Below, piece after piece: positions 29,440-39,078 of a stretch of 64,000 nucleotides of DNA (positions within the stretch are counted from its first letter, which is position 1; each line of letters opens with the position of its first letter). A program made the position numbers and the translations under genes. Below the pieces are notes generated by a model. The model ran no database searches, was not told the DNA's origin, and was given only the letters and a program-made list of their open reading frames with translations. Source of the DNA: Oscillatoria sp. FACHB-1406 (GTDB taxonomy: Bacteria; Cyanobacteriota; Cyanobacteriia; Cyanobacteriales; Spirulinaceae); assembly GCF_014698145.1 (NCBI RefSeq), contig NZ_JACJSM010000001.1:344633-408632 (forward strand), given 5' to 3'.

Positions 29440-30111
29440 TTATCCTACGGCTGGAGACTGGGCTAGCAGCGCGCACACTTCTTCGTCACTCGTGGGAGAA
29501 AAGTCGCCGTACCAATATCCTAAAAAATGAAAGGGGTCGGGTTGCAACAGGGAAACAACGCGATTGGCACGCTCCTGTAATTGCGCGATCGCATCGGGCG
29601 GAATTACAGGAGCCGCAACGATGATAGCAGTGGGTTCGCGACCTTGCAAGCTGCTCATGGCAGCGGCAACGGTGGAACCGGTGGCAATTCCATCGTCAAC
29701 GAGAATAACGGTGCGATCGCGAATTTCGGGGAAAGGTCGTTCGCCGCGATAAACTAAATCCCGCCGCGCTAATTCTCGAATTTCTCGCGTTATGGTTTGC
29801 GCGATCGCAGTTTCAGAAACTTTCAGCGATTGGATTAAGCGATCGTTGAGAACCATCGTTCCCCCCAAGCCGATCGCGCCCATTGCTAACTCTTCGTTAC
29901 CGGGAACGCCGAGTTTGCGAACCAAACAGACATCTAAGGGCGCGCCGAGGGCCTTAGCAATTTCCGCCGCGACAGGAACCCCTCCGCGCGGCAATCCCAG
30001 CACGATTACGTCCGAACGGTCGGCAAAGTCGCTCAACTTTTCGGCAAGCAAGCAACCGGCTTCGGTGCGATCGCGCAAAGTGCCGCGTAGGGATGCGTGG
30101 GGTTGCCTCAT
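29440..30111 (-). CDS. Predicted phosphoribosyltransferase (COG1926-like)
   Basis: The PRPP-binding motif VILVDDGIATGST is present in a 223-aa protein. Confidence 0.6.
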   Translation of the reverse strand: MRQPHASLRGTLRDRTEAGCLLAEKLSDFADRSDVIVLGLPRGGVPVAAEIAKALGAPLDVCLVRKLGVPGNEELAMGAIGLGGTMVLNDRLIQSLKVSETAIAQTITREIRELARRDLVYRGERPFPEIRDRTVILVDDGIATGSTVAAAMSSLQGREPTAIIVAAPVIPPDAIAQLQERANRVVSLLQPDPFHFLGYWYGDFSPTSDEEVCALLAQSPAVG

Positions 30112-30185
30112 TTTGCTGACCTCCTCGAACGATTGATTCCTCGCCGCTTGCTAATTGTTTAAGTTTTAAGTGTTAAGTTTTAATT

Positions 30186-31382
30186 TCAAGTTTGAGGTTC
30201 TTGGGGGGGTTTGGGCGAGGATTCTTTTTTGAGACGGCTGCCGCTATCGAGAATCTTTTGGGCGCGAAGGACGGAGTTGAGCGAGGACATCCGCGTTGGA
30301 ATCGGCGTTCTCGGTTGGAGTCCTTGCAGCATTTCCGACAGTTGCCGCGCGTCTAAGCGTTTAGTTTCTCGGATTTTGTGCCACACCGATCGCGACATCA
30401 GCAGCGTGTGTTCGATTCGTTCTGCCCCGACTTGCTCGAAATACTCTTCCCGTTCCGGTTGGTAGTCTGCCGAGGTCAGTTGTAGGGCTTGCAAGGGCAA
30501 ATCCTTGACAGAATTCACAATATATGATATTAACTCCGGATACAACCAAGTATAAGCCGGATGAACGGTGAGTTGGACTTGGTGCGGCTGCATTCCATCC
30601 CGACAAACGCGAACGTCAAAATAGCCGATCGCTGCTTTGCGTTGGGGTTCAAAGATATAGCCTTGGAGATTGCGCCCGCGTCCGAGCCAGCGATCGAGAT
30701 GATTCCGCACTTTCCCCAGAACGCTGCATTTAAAATCGTTGACGTGGCGATCGAAAACTTGGCGTAAAAGCGGCGGCATCGATACCGTATCGAGTTGATA
30801 GAGCAACTTCGCATCGGCGTTGTTAACCGGAAGAAGATTCGGCAGGTTGGGTTGGCGCTCGGCTAGCGTTTGCCATTGCTCCGGGGCAAGCTCCCAATAG
30901 GTCAGTTGAGCTAAAGGTTGAAAACCGTTTTGCCGGTAAAGCCCGAGGGTTCTTTCATGCTCGATATTGACCTCTAAAATCCAAGTTCTCGCTTCCACAA
31001 TTGTTTCAAAACAGTGACGCAACAGGCGATCGCCAATTTCCGTCGGCGAAAGGGTTGCGTTTTCGGCAATTTCTTCGAGCAAGACGCGATCGATACGCCA
31101 AGTGCTTTGGGAATTATTGAAGGGAGAAACCTGCACCATTCCTAAAGGGCGCTGATTCTGTTCCGCTACATAAGCACAGAAGAAGTGGCGATGAGAGTTG
31201 GGGAACAAACTTAAAAATTTAAGCACGCCGTACCAACGACGGACATTTTCAAGCTGTTGGTTTAAGGTCGTGCAGTCGTGGGCCGGATCTAACTCGCAGG
31301 ACTGGACAGCCAAAGCTTCGATCGGTTCTAAGTCTCGATATTGGAGAGCGCGAATTTCGACGTGGGGCGTGGTTTCAGTCAT
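30186..31382 (-). CDS. Hypothetical protein, possibly GNAT-fold acetyltransferase-like
   Basis: 398-aa ORF. The GNAT call is weak (LGLYRQNGFQP). Confidence 0.35.
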   Translation of the reverse strand: MTETTPHVEIRALQYRDLEPIEALAVQSCELDPAHDCTTLNQQLENVRRWYGVLKFLSLFPNSHRHFFCAYVAEQNQRPLGMVQVSPFNNSQSTWRIDRVLLEEIAENATLSPTEIGDRLLRHCFETIVEARTWILEVNIEHERTLGLYRQNGFQPLAQLTYWELAPEQWQTLAERQPNLPNLLPVNNADAKLLYQLDTVSMPPLLRQVFDRHVNDFKCSVLGKVRNHLDRWLGRGRNLQGYIFEPQRKAAIGYFDVRVCRDGMQPHQVQLTVHPAYTWLYPELISYIVNSVKDLPLQALQLTSADYQPEREEYFEQVGAERIEHTLLMSRSVWHKIRETKRLDARQLSEMLQGLQPRTPIPTRMSSLNSVLRAQKILDSGSRLKKESSPKPPQEPQT

Positions 31383-31713
31383 TAGGGGCTAAAAGATACC
31401 ATCGAGCGGTTAGGAGAACAGACGCTGAGCGATCGAGAGGCTAAACCAGCCGATTGCACGCTGCCCCTATATCTTAACCATTTTCTAGAGCGTCCACGAC
31501 AGCTAAGGGCGGATATTTGTAGCCGAACGCAGAAATTTGTCAATTTAGACGCATCAATCCTCGTAAACATTTGTAAACTATTATTTAGCCGATTTACAAA
31601 CTCCTGATTTTCTGAAGCGAAAATTGCGGAATGTCCCCAGGCAAGGTCGGAATGACTGAGATGCTTCTTCGCATTCCAGTAATTACACGCAAACTCAAGA
31701 GGATTTAATTTTA

Positions 31714-32631
31714 ATGAAATCACTTGCTATGGCAGAGCGATCGCTGCTCGTCAGTCACATTTTATCGATGGTCTTCGGTTTAGCAGGTCTGCTGCTCATT
31801 TTACCCAATGCCACTTTGGTGGGAAATTTGCCCGGATTCGGTCAAAAAGTTTTTCAATGGTCGATGGCGGGGGGTGGAGTCGTTTATATGCTCTTTGGCA
31901 CAGCAGCAGTCGCCCTTTATGCCTACCGAACTTTGGGCTTAAAACCATTACTCACTTTCATGATTCCGGCAATTCTGCTCTCGCTCAGTAGCGAACTGCT
32001 CGGAACGAGTACGGGTTTTCCCTTCGGACACTATCGCTACCTCGAGGGCTTAGGCTACAAAATCGCGGGTTTGGTTCCCTTTACCATTCCCCTATCCTGG
32101 TTTTATCTCGGCTTTTCCGCTTACGTTTTAGCGCGCGCGGGACTGAAAGCCTTAGCAGTCCCCCGTTTGTGGCAAATTGTCGGCGCGATCGCCTTTGGCT
32201 CGCTCCTGCTTACCTCCTGGGATTTTGTCCTGGATCCGGCCATGAGTCAAACTAGCGTTCCCTTCTGGATTTGGGAACAACCGGGCGCGTTTTTCGGGAT
32301 GCCTTACCAAAACTTTGCCGGTTGGTTCGGTACGGGCGTTGTTTTCATGAGCGTCGCATCGCTATTGTGGAGCAAACTTAACGTCCCTGCGTTCCGCGAT
32401 TTAACCTTTCCTCTAACTGTTTATCTTAGCAACCTCGCCTTTGCGACAGTGATGAGTCTTGCCTTCGGGTTTTGGGTTCCCGTTGTCTTAGGAATGGTTG
32501 TTGGAGTGGCTCCCGCGATCGCATTCTATGTCGTAGCAATGCAAGAGCGCGCCCTGCCTCAGCCTTCTACTCACCCTGAAGCTACAGTTGACGCGATCGA
32601 CAGCGAAAAAGTTAAAATCCCAGTCGCTTAA
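31714..32631 (+). CDS. cruF: Carotenoid-biosynthesis membrane protein, CruF-like (carotenoid 1',2'-hydratase family)
   Basis: 305-aa polytopic membrane protein immediately upstream of a GT2 glycosyltransferase. This is the arrangement of cruF-cruG in myxoxanthophyll-producing cyanobacteria. The sequence-level assignment is from memory only. Confidence 0.4.
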   Translation: MKSLAMAERSLLVSHILSMVFGLAGLLLILPNATLVGNLPGFGQKVFQWSMAGGGVVYMLFGTAAVALYAYRTLGLKPLLTFMIPAILLSLSSELLGTSTGFPFGHYRYLEGLGYKIAGLVPFTIPLSWFYLGFSAYVLARAGLKALAVPRLWQIVGAIAFGSLLLTSWDFVLDPAMSQTSVPFWIWEQPGAFFGMPYQNFAGWFGTGVVFMSVASLLWSKLNVPAFRDLTFPLTVYLSNLAFATVMSLAFGFWVPVVLGMVVGVAPAIAFYVVAMQERALPQPSTHPEATVDAIDSEKVKIPVA

Positions 32632-32697
32632 TCTTCAATAATTGGGGCGCAAAGTTTGCGCCCTAAACCTTAAAATCGCCAACCCGCCCAAAACGTT

Positions 32698-32731
32698 ATC
32701 AATTGTCAATTCTCAATTATCAATTGTCTCT
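32698..32731. repeat. Heptanucleotide tandem repeat (CAATTGT/CAATTCT/CAATTAT)x4 overlapping the start of the GT2 gene
   Basis: tatcaattgtcaattctcaattatcaattgtctc. Confidence 0.7.
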
Positions 32732-33887
32732 TACCTACTTACTCCTCAGCCTTCCCGCCGTCCTGATTTTCCTCTCACGCTTGCTGAAAGGAGCAAAACG
32801 GCGCGGCGCAATTGCGCCCCAACAACCCACCCCAGAAATGCAGGCAGCCGTCAGCATCGTCGTTCCCACCCTTAACGAAGCCGATCGCATCGCCCCCTGT
32901 TTGTCCGGTTTGAGCAAACAAGGAGAGGAAGTTCGCGAAATCTCCATTGTCGATAGTAACTCCCGAGACGGAACCCGAGAAATCGTCAAAACGGCAGCAG
33001 AACGCGATCGCCGCTTTCGACTCCTCACCGACGATCCCCTACCTCCCCACTGGATCGGCCGTCCTTGGGCGCTACACTACGGATTTTTGCAGAGTTCCCC
33101 CGAAAGTCGCTGGATTTTAGGGATTGATGCTGATACGCAACCCCAAGCGGGATTAGTCGCCAGCTTACTCGCTATTGCTGAAGCAGAAGGCTACGATCTG
33201 ATCTCCCTCTCGCCTCAATTCATCCTCGAATATCCCGGCGAATGGTGGTTGCAACCCGCCCTACTGATGACGTTGCTGTACCGATTTGACGCTTCCGGAG
33301 TCGATGCCAAAATTAGCGATCGCGTCATGGCAAACGGGCAGTGTTTTTTCTGCCGTCGCAGCGTCTTGGAAAGCGTCGGCGGTTACGAAAGCGCTAGATC
33401 TTCCTTTTGCGACGACGTAACCCTCGCTCGCCACATCGCCGCCCGAGGCTACAAAGTCGGATTTTTCGACGGGCGGCGCGTGCTAAAAGTGAGGATGTAC
33501 GAAGGATTAGCCGAAACCTGGCGCGAGTGGGGGCGATCGCTCGATCTTAAAGATGCCTCCTCAAAAGGGCAAATTTGGAACGATTTATGGGTGTTACTCT
33601 GCACTCAAGCACTCCCCATACCCATCTCGATCCTCGGTTGCGGATTAATTGCAATGGGTTACGGCACGCTACCGCTAAAAATCCTCACCGGACTCAATTT
33701 AGGGCTGGTTTTCATCCGATTTGCATTGCTCGTTGCGATCGCACCCTCTTATTACCGTCCCCCAAAAAAATCCCCCGCTTCCTTACTCTTTTGGCTTTCT
33801 CCCTTCGCCGATCCCCTTGCTGTCCTGCGTATCTTCTTATCTGCGGCAAACAAACCCAAACAATGGCGAGGAAGAAGTTATAAATAA
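32703..33887 (+). CDS. cruG: Family-2 glycosyltransferase, CruG-like (myxol 2'-O-glycosyltransferase candidate)
   Basis: GT2 motifs VSIVVPTLNEAD and IDADT are present with C-terminal transmembrane helices. It pairs with the upstream CruF-like gene. Confidence 0.5.
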   Translation: MSILNYQLSLTYLLLSLPAVLIFLSRLLKGAKRRGAIAPQQPTPEMQAAVSIVVPTLNEADRIAPCLSGLSKQGEEVREISIVDSNSRDGTREIVKTAAERDRRFRLLTDDPLPPHWIGRPWALHYGFLQSSPESRWILGIDADTQPQAGLVASLLAIAEAEGYDLISLSPQFILEYPGEWWLQPALLMTLLYRFDASGVDAKISDRVMANGQCFFCRRSVLESVGGYESARSSFCDDVTLARHIAARGYKVGFFDGRRVLKVRMYEGLAETWREWGRSLDLKDASSKGQIWNDLWVLLCTQALPIPISILGCGLIAMGYGTLPLKILTGLNLGLVFIRFALLVAIAPSYYRPPKKSPASLLFWLSPFADPLAVLRIFLSAANKPKQWRGRSYK

Positions 33888-33996
33888 TGAATAATGAATG
33901 GGAAATAATGAGTTTTGAATGATGAAGGGTGAGGAATGAATAGCTAATTACGAATTACGAATTACGAATTACGAATTACGAACTACGAATTATCAA
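33886..33996. repeat. Composite STRR-like repeat: TGAATGA/GGTGAGG units followed by (GAATTAC)x6
   Basis: taataatgaataatgaatggg…aattacgaattacgaattacgaattacgaattacgaactacgaattatc. Same family as 1668-1738 and, inverted, 63183-63350. Confidence 0.7.
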
Positions 33997-34000
33997 AACG

Positions 34001-34945
34001 ATGCAGACCACCACATTAGGAAAAAACGGCCCCACCGTAACCGCTCTTGGGATAGGAACTTGGGCTTGGGGCGACCAACTTTTTTGGAACTACGGCAACA
34101 GCTACGATAAAAATCAAGTGCGAGAAGCCTATCTAGCTGCAATCAATGCCGGAATTACCTTTTTCGATACCGCCGAAGTTTACGGTTTGGGCGAATCAGA
34201 ATCTCTAATCGGGCAATTCATGAAAGAAGATGGCCGTTCGGTCGATATTGCCACTAAATTCGGGCCCGTTCCTTGGCGCTTTTCTGCCGATTCAGTTTAC
34301 GAAGCCGTAACAGCGAGCCTCAAACGCTTACAATTATCGCGTGTCACCCTCTATCAAGTCCATTGGCCCTTTAGCTTTTTCCTCAGTCAAGAAACATTGA
34401 TGAATGCCCTTGCCGACGAAGTTGAAAAAGGGCGAATTGGTGCGATCGGTGTAAGTAATTATTCCGCCCAACAAATGCGCGAAGCCCATCAATTTTTAGC
34501 AAAACGCGGCATTCCCCTAGCCGTCAATCAGGTTCAATATTCCCTACTCTCGCGTCAAATCGAACGTAACGGCGTACTCGCTACAGCACGAGAATTAGGC
34601 GTAACCATTCTCGCTTACAGTCCCTTAGCGCAAGGATTATTGACGGGAAAATATAGTCCCCAAAGCGGTAATTCTCCCGATGGCGCGCGGCGGTTTAGTG
34701 GCGCTTTCAGCACCAAAGGCTTAGAGAACATCGCCCCCCTATTGCAAGTCTTACAGGAGTTGGCAACGAAATATCAGAAAACTCCTGCCCAAATTGCCCT
34801 CAACTGGTTGGTCGCGCAAGAAACAATTCCAATTCCCGGGGCAAAAAATGCACGGCAAGCGATCGATAATGCGGGAGCATTAGGTTGGGCGCTTTCTGTT
34901 GAAGATGCGGCACAATTGTCAGCGATGAGCGAATCGTTAATATAG
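34001..34945 (+). CDS. Aldo/keto reductase family oxidoreductase
   Basis: LGIGTWAWGD, FFDTAEVYG and the fold-wide AKR motifs are present. 314 aa. Confidence 0.8.
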   Translation: MQTTTLGKNGPTVTALGIGTWAWGDQLFWNYGNSYDKNQVREAYLAAINAGITFFDTAEVYGLGESESLIGQFMKEDGRSVDIATKFGPVPWRFSADSVYEAVTASLKRLQLSRVTLYQVHWPFSFFLSQETLMNALADEVEKGRIGAIGVSNYSAQQMREAHQFLAKRGIPLAVNQVQYSLLSRQIERNGVLATARELGVTILAYSPLAQGLLTGKYSPQSGNSPDGARRFSGAFSTKGLENIAPLLQVLQELATKYQKTPAQIALNWLVAQETIPIPGAKNARQAIDNAGALGWALSVEDAAQLSAMSESLI

Positions 34946-35117
34946 AGGGTAGAGCGCACAATAGTCGGTCTAGTAGGGTGGGCAGCGCCCACCAGCCAAA
35001 ACTTTTGCGTGTTTAGAAATATACTTTCACAAGCAAGTAAAACTATATCTCGATAACTTTTATTATTTTCGACATAATTTGACAATAAAAAGCACAAAAA
35101 CCATTGAGAATAGACAT

Positions 35118-35723
35118 TCATTCTCTCTCAAAACTACTCAAAAGAACTGGGCCTAGTAAAGGTTGATGTCCCAAACACCGCAAATCCGCATCTTCTCCCA
35201 ATTGTTCGCGCTGTTCGCGACTATAAAACCGCACGCTTCCCGGCGTAATTAGCAATTGCGGCAAAAGTTCACCCATCGAGAAATCGGCTAAATAATACCG
35301 CCCGCCCGATTTTAAAACTCGCCGCACCTCAGCTAAAACTCGTTCTGGATGAGGATAATGCAACAAACTGATGGTATTGAAAACTGCATCGAATTGTTCG
35401 TCCTCAAAGGGCAACGATTCTGCATTGCTTTGAAGATAACGGATGCGAGTTTCTTCATTGTTTCGCCGCGCTCGATCGAGCATTTCTGCCGATAAGTCCA
35501 AACCAATTCCTTGCAAGCTGGGATAATTTTTTGCCAAACGAGAGAGAAGTTTTCCCGTTCCGCAGCCTAAATCGAGAACTTCGGCAGATTCGGGCAGTTC
35601 GATGCAATCGAGCAAGCGCTTGTGGATGGCTTGATAAAAGACGGTTGTGAGTAGAAAATCGTAGTTAGGGGCCCAGCGATCGAAGAATTTTTGTTTCTTC
35701 CTAAACAGTTCCAAATCGTTCAT
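35118..35723 (-). CDS. Class I SAM-dependent methyltransferase
   Basis: SAM-binding motif VLDLGCGTGKL and LKSGGRYYL are present. Confidence 0.7.
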   Translation of the reverse strand: MNDLELFRKKQKFFDRWAPNYDFLLTTVFYQAIHKRLLDCIELPESAEVLDLGCGTGKLLSRLAKNYPSLQGIGLDLSAEMLDRARRNNEETRIRYLQSNAESLPFEDEQFDAVFNTISLLHYPHPERVLAEVRRVLKSGGRYYLADFSMGELLPQLLITPGSVRFYSREQREQLGEDADLRCLGHQPLLGPVLLSSFERE

Positions 35724-35804
35724 ATTGCCACCTATTTCTAAACAATATATGTAAAGAGCGTACTATTTTTTTTCAGTCCCAGCCAGCCTCAAGTTAGAAT
35801 TGCT

Positions 35805-36281
35805 TCATAGGTTTGAAATTTCATGATTGCGGGCGGCGCGATCGCATTCTCGTTGCGTTACTTCGTGCCGGTAGCGGAACATTGCTTGCAACTGTATATT
35901 CACCAGCCAACCCAATAACGCTTCGCCCCAAAAGCCGCCAGGTAACTCATAATTAATGCTATCTGTCAAGTCCGTATTGCCATTTTTTTCAACAAAATCA
36001 TGACGATGTACCCAAGAAACCATCGGTCCTTTTTCCTGTATATCAATAAAGAATCGATAGGGTTCGCAAGCAGTATGTCTTGCAATCCAAGGAATCGGGA
36101 TTGGGCCTAGCCATAACCAAAATTCCGATACCGCGCCCACCCCTAAACCGCCTTGACGACGAACGACGCGGACGGGTTGCCAAGGAGGAGTCAAAATTTG
36201 CAAAATATCGGAACGTTCGTGAAATTCCCAAACAGTTGCAACGGGCGCATTGATGGTGGAGGAGTAGTGAAAGTGAAGCAC
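35805..36281 (-). CDS. SRPBCC (START/polyketide-cyclase-like) family protein
   Basis: 158 aa with the INAPVATVWEFHERSD N-terminus typical of SRPBCC ligand-binding proteins. Confidence 0.55.
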   Translation of the reverse strand: MLHFHYSSTINAPVATVWEFHERSDILQILTPPWQPVRVVRRQGGLGVGAVSEFWLWLGPIPIPWIARHTACEPYRFFIDIQEKGPMVSWVHRHDFVEKNGNTDLTDSINYELPGGFWGEALLGWLVNIQLQAMFRYRHEVTQRECDRAARNHEISNL

Positions 36282-36284
36282 GAG

Positions 36285-36473
36285 TTATTCTTGGTAGTCG
36301 GTATCAATTTCTATTTCGAGCGTCTCTTCATCGATCCGCACGTATAAAATATTGGGTCGGCAGCAAACTTGACAATCTTCAATATAGGATTGTTCGAGTC
36401 CTGCACTCAGATCGACAAAAGTCGAATTCGTTTCGCCGCAAAATGCACAATAATATTCAGCCGTATTTTCCAT
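36285..36473 (-). CDS. CPXCG-type small cysteine-rich zinc-finger protein. Start at the internal Met; the track ORF extends to 36524.
   Basis: MENTAEYYCAFCGE…EDCQVCCRPN carries the two Cys pairs of the CPXCG family. Confidence 0.45.
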   Translation of the reverse strand: MENTAEYYCAFCGETNSTFVDLSAGLEQSYIEDCQVCCRPNILYVRIDEETLEIEIDTDYQE

Positions 36474-36739
36474 AAGTATCAGGGTACGAACTGTATCAAA
36501 TTTTAGCGATCGCGAGGGAGACAAAGCAAGAGTAGGACTTAGCTCCTAGAGCGCGACAGTTAAAATGTTAAGATCGAGGGCGTAATTAAGATTTGTGAAG
36601 TAAGCCGCTCCATTTTTTCATCAGCGCCGGAAGGTCTATTCTAAGTCTAAGGGTTTTAAGATAGTATGAGTATTCTTTCCATCTTCCCCGCGTCTTTGTG
36701 TGTGAAGTCTAATTCGCATTAGGCATAACCGTTTTTAAT

Positions 36740-38281
36740 ATGGTTTTCAACAAACTGCCCTCTCTTCTTTATCGAGTCAAGCGCAACAACAATTTAGGAT
36801 TCGAGCGACTAATGGCAACATTAGCAGCCCTAAATTATCTCCTGGTACTGTTCGATTTGACTTACATTCCCCTGCGCGATTTTTGGTTGCAAGGTCGCAT
36901 TCAAGCTTCGATTAATGCAGGTCCAGTCCAAGCAAAAATTCCCCCAGAACCGATAATAGTTCCCATGTTACCCATTCCGGTCTGGTACGACTGGGTAAAA
37001 GGGATCGAACCTCACAGAGATACAGAACGTTACCTCGATCTCGTTGCAGATCTAGAAAAAAGAGTCCTTCAATCGCCTTCATTACAAACTCCAGAAGTTG
37101 CCGACTTGCTTGCCCAACTGAGAACGCAAAGTGACGAAATGGTAACAACCAATCCTTTTGCCCTTGCGAGTAAAACCGGCACGCTGGAGAAGATTAAAAA
37201 TCGAATGCGCCAGCACGTTTTCGGTACGGCAGAAGCATCTGCAAAAGAAGCATTTCAGCGCTTTTGGGCAGCGGAAAACCTCACGCCCGATCGCTACCCG
37301 TCGGAAATCGCCTTTTTTAACCGCCAAATCCGTCCCCTCATCGCAACGAACTATTACCGTCCCACCGGAGAGAATGGCGAACCAATTAATAACTTTGGAC
37401 TGCTTGACTTCCCATTTTTCTTAATCTTTGCCCTCGAATTTCTCGGACGGACATGGTTCCTCAGTCGTCGCTACACTTCGATTAGCTGGTTTGAGGCGAT
37501 GACGTGGCGCTGGTACGATATCCTGCTGCTGCTGCCGTTTCTGCGCGGGTTGCGGATTATTCCCGTGGTGACGCGCCTCCATCAAGCCAAGCTAATTAAT
37601 CTCGACAAAATCAAACGGCAAACCAGTCAGGGAATTGTGGCTGAAATTGCTGAAGATATTACTGAAGTGGTGGTGGTGAACGTGCTGACGCAACTGCAAG
37701 AATCGATTAGCGCCGGAGAGATCGAGAAGTTATTTGCTCGCACGACGCAAGAGCAATATATCGATCTTAATAATATCGATGAAATTAAAGAAATTATTGG
37801 GCTGTTTTTGAATGTGATTGTCGAGCGAGTAATGCCAGCGGTGCAACCCGATATTGAAGCGTTGTTGCAGCATAGCGTCGATCGCGCGATCGCGCAAAGT
37901 CCCGTCTATCAGAACTTCAAACTGCTACCGGGATTTGAACAACTCGAAAAAAAGATTTCCCAACAACTTCTGTCGAGTTTGTACGATGGGCTGCGGGAGG
38001 GACTCAAAGGTTTGACACAGAGCGATCCCCAACTCGATCGCCTCTGGAAACAATTTAATCAAAGCCTGATTTCAGTTTTACAAACGGAAGTGAAAACGCA
38101 ACCCACTCTCAATCGTTTGGAATACCTGCTGACGGCCCTCATTGAGGAAGTGAAAGTGAATTACGTCCAACGACTTTCCCAAGAAGATGTCGAACAATTG
38201 CTCGAGCAAACGCGGAAATTGCGATTTGCAGTGCGAGGCAAACCCGCGATCGTGGTTAAACACTCAAATCGCGCCCCTTAG
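36740..38281 (+). CDS. Conserved hypothetical protein with central transmembrane segments
   Basis: 513-aa ORF. No motif recognised. Confidence 0.4.
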   Translation: MVFNKLPSLLYRVKRNNNLGFERLMATLAALNYLLVLFDLTYIPLRDFWLQGRIQASINAGPVQAKIPPEPIIVPMLPIPVWYDWVKGIEPHRDTERYLDLVADLEKRVLQSPSLQTPEVADLLAQLRTQSDEMVTTNPFALASKTGTLEKIKNRMRQHVFGTAEASAKEAFQRFWAAENLTPDRYPSEIAFFNRQIRPLIATNYYRPTGENGEPINNFGLLDFPFFLIFALEFLGRTWFLSRRYTSISWFEAMTWRWYDILLLLPFLRGLRIIPVVTRLHQAKLINLDKIKRQTSQGIVAEIAEDITEVVVVNVLTQLQESISAGEIEKLFARTTQEQYIDLNNIDEIKEIIGLFLNVIVERVMPAVQPDIEALLQHSVDRAIAQSPVYQNFKLLPGFEQLEKKISQQLLSSLYDGLREGLKGLTQSDPQLDRLWKQFNQSLISVLQTEVKTQPTLNRLEYLLTALIEEVKVNYVQRLSQEDVEQLLEQTRKLRFAVRGKPAIVVKHSNRAP

Positions 38282-38540
38282 TAGAAAGTTGTCAATCGGG
38301 CCAGAGAATGGTTAAGATGGAGGGAGAGCAACCGAGTTTTGCTCTTCTGGGCGCGGGCTTGAGAAAGTCGCAAATTCCGGAATTCCGCAACCTGCCCGCG
38401 CGCGGGCAAAGGCGTTGCTGAGTGCGAAATATCGCTCAAAGACAGGAAGTGGGTGCAGCCCGCTTTTTTTATTGGCATCGAGAATTGAGGGTGGAAACGT
38501 TGAGGGTATTGAGCTTCGCGAGAAAACTTTACAAATTCTC

Positions 38541-38580
38541 TGATGACTAATGACTGATGACTGATAACTGAAATGACTCA
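38541..38580. repeat. Heptanucleotide repeats (TGATGAC/TAATGAC/TGATGAC/TGATAAC) in the rimP leader
   Basis: tgatgactaatgactgatgactgataactgaaatgactca. Confidence 0.6.
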
Positions 38581-39034
38581 TCCGTTAATTCCCAAGATTC
38601 TCGAAATCGCAACGCCCATCGCCGAACAGTTGGGTTTAGAGGTTGTTGGGGCAGTGTTTCAGACTAACAAAAAGCCCCCCGTGCTGCGCGTGGACGTGCG
38701 AAATCTCCAAACCGATACAGGTTTGGACGATTGCGAAAAAATGAGTCGGGCGCTAGAAGAACAACTGGATGCAACTCAAGCGATCCCCGATGCTTATGTT
38801 TTAGAAATTTCGAGTCCTGGTACTTCTCGCCAGCTACTGAGCGATCGCGAATTTATTGCCTTTAAGGGATTTCCCATCCTCATCAAAACCTATAGCCCCT
38901 ACCAAGGGCAAAAAGAATGGCGAGGACTCTTACAAGGGCGCGACGAACAAGCGGTTTATCTCAATCAAAAAGGGCGCGCGATGGCACTCCCCCGAGACGC
39001 GATCGCAAAAGTACAACTTGACGACAACCCTTGA
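38573..39034 (+). CDS. rimP: Ribosome maturation factor RimP
   Basis: Conserved position before nusA. Motifs LGLEVVGAVF and LEISSPG. Confidence 0.8.
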   Translation: MTHPLIPKILEIATPIAEQLGLEVVGAVFQTNKKPPVLRVDVRNLQTDTGLDDCEKMSRALEEQLDATQAIPDAYVLEISSPGTSRQLLSDREFIAFKGFPILIKTYSPYQGQKEWRGLLQGRDEQAVYLNQKGRAMALPRDAIAKVQLDDNP

Positions 39035-39078
39035 CCTGCCCTCTATTCTAATCCCCGAATTTCAGGAGACTTATAAAT

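Noticed and set aside
32640-32880. Apparent 1-nt disagreement between my hand-count of positions and the ORF-track coordinates around the cruG start
   Set aside because: It is most likely my own transcription or counting error. Track coordinates were taken as authoritative, and by-eye coordinates for non-ORF features elsewhere may therefore be off by 1-2 nt.
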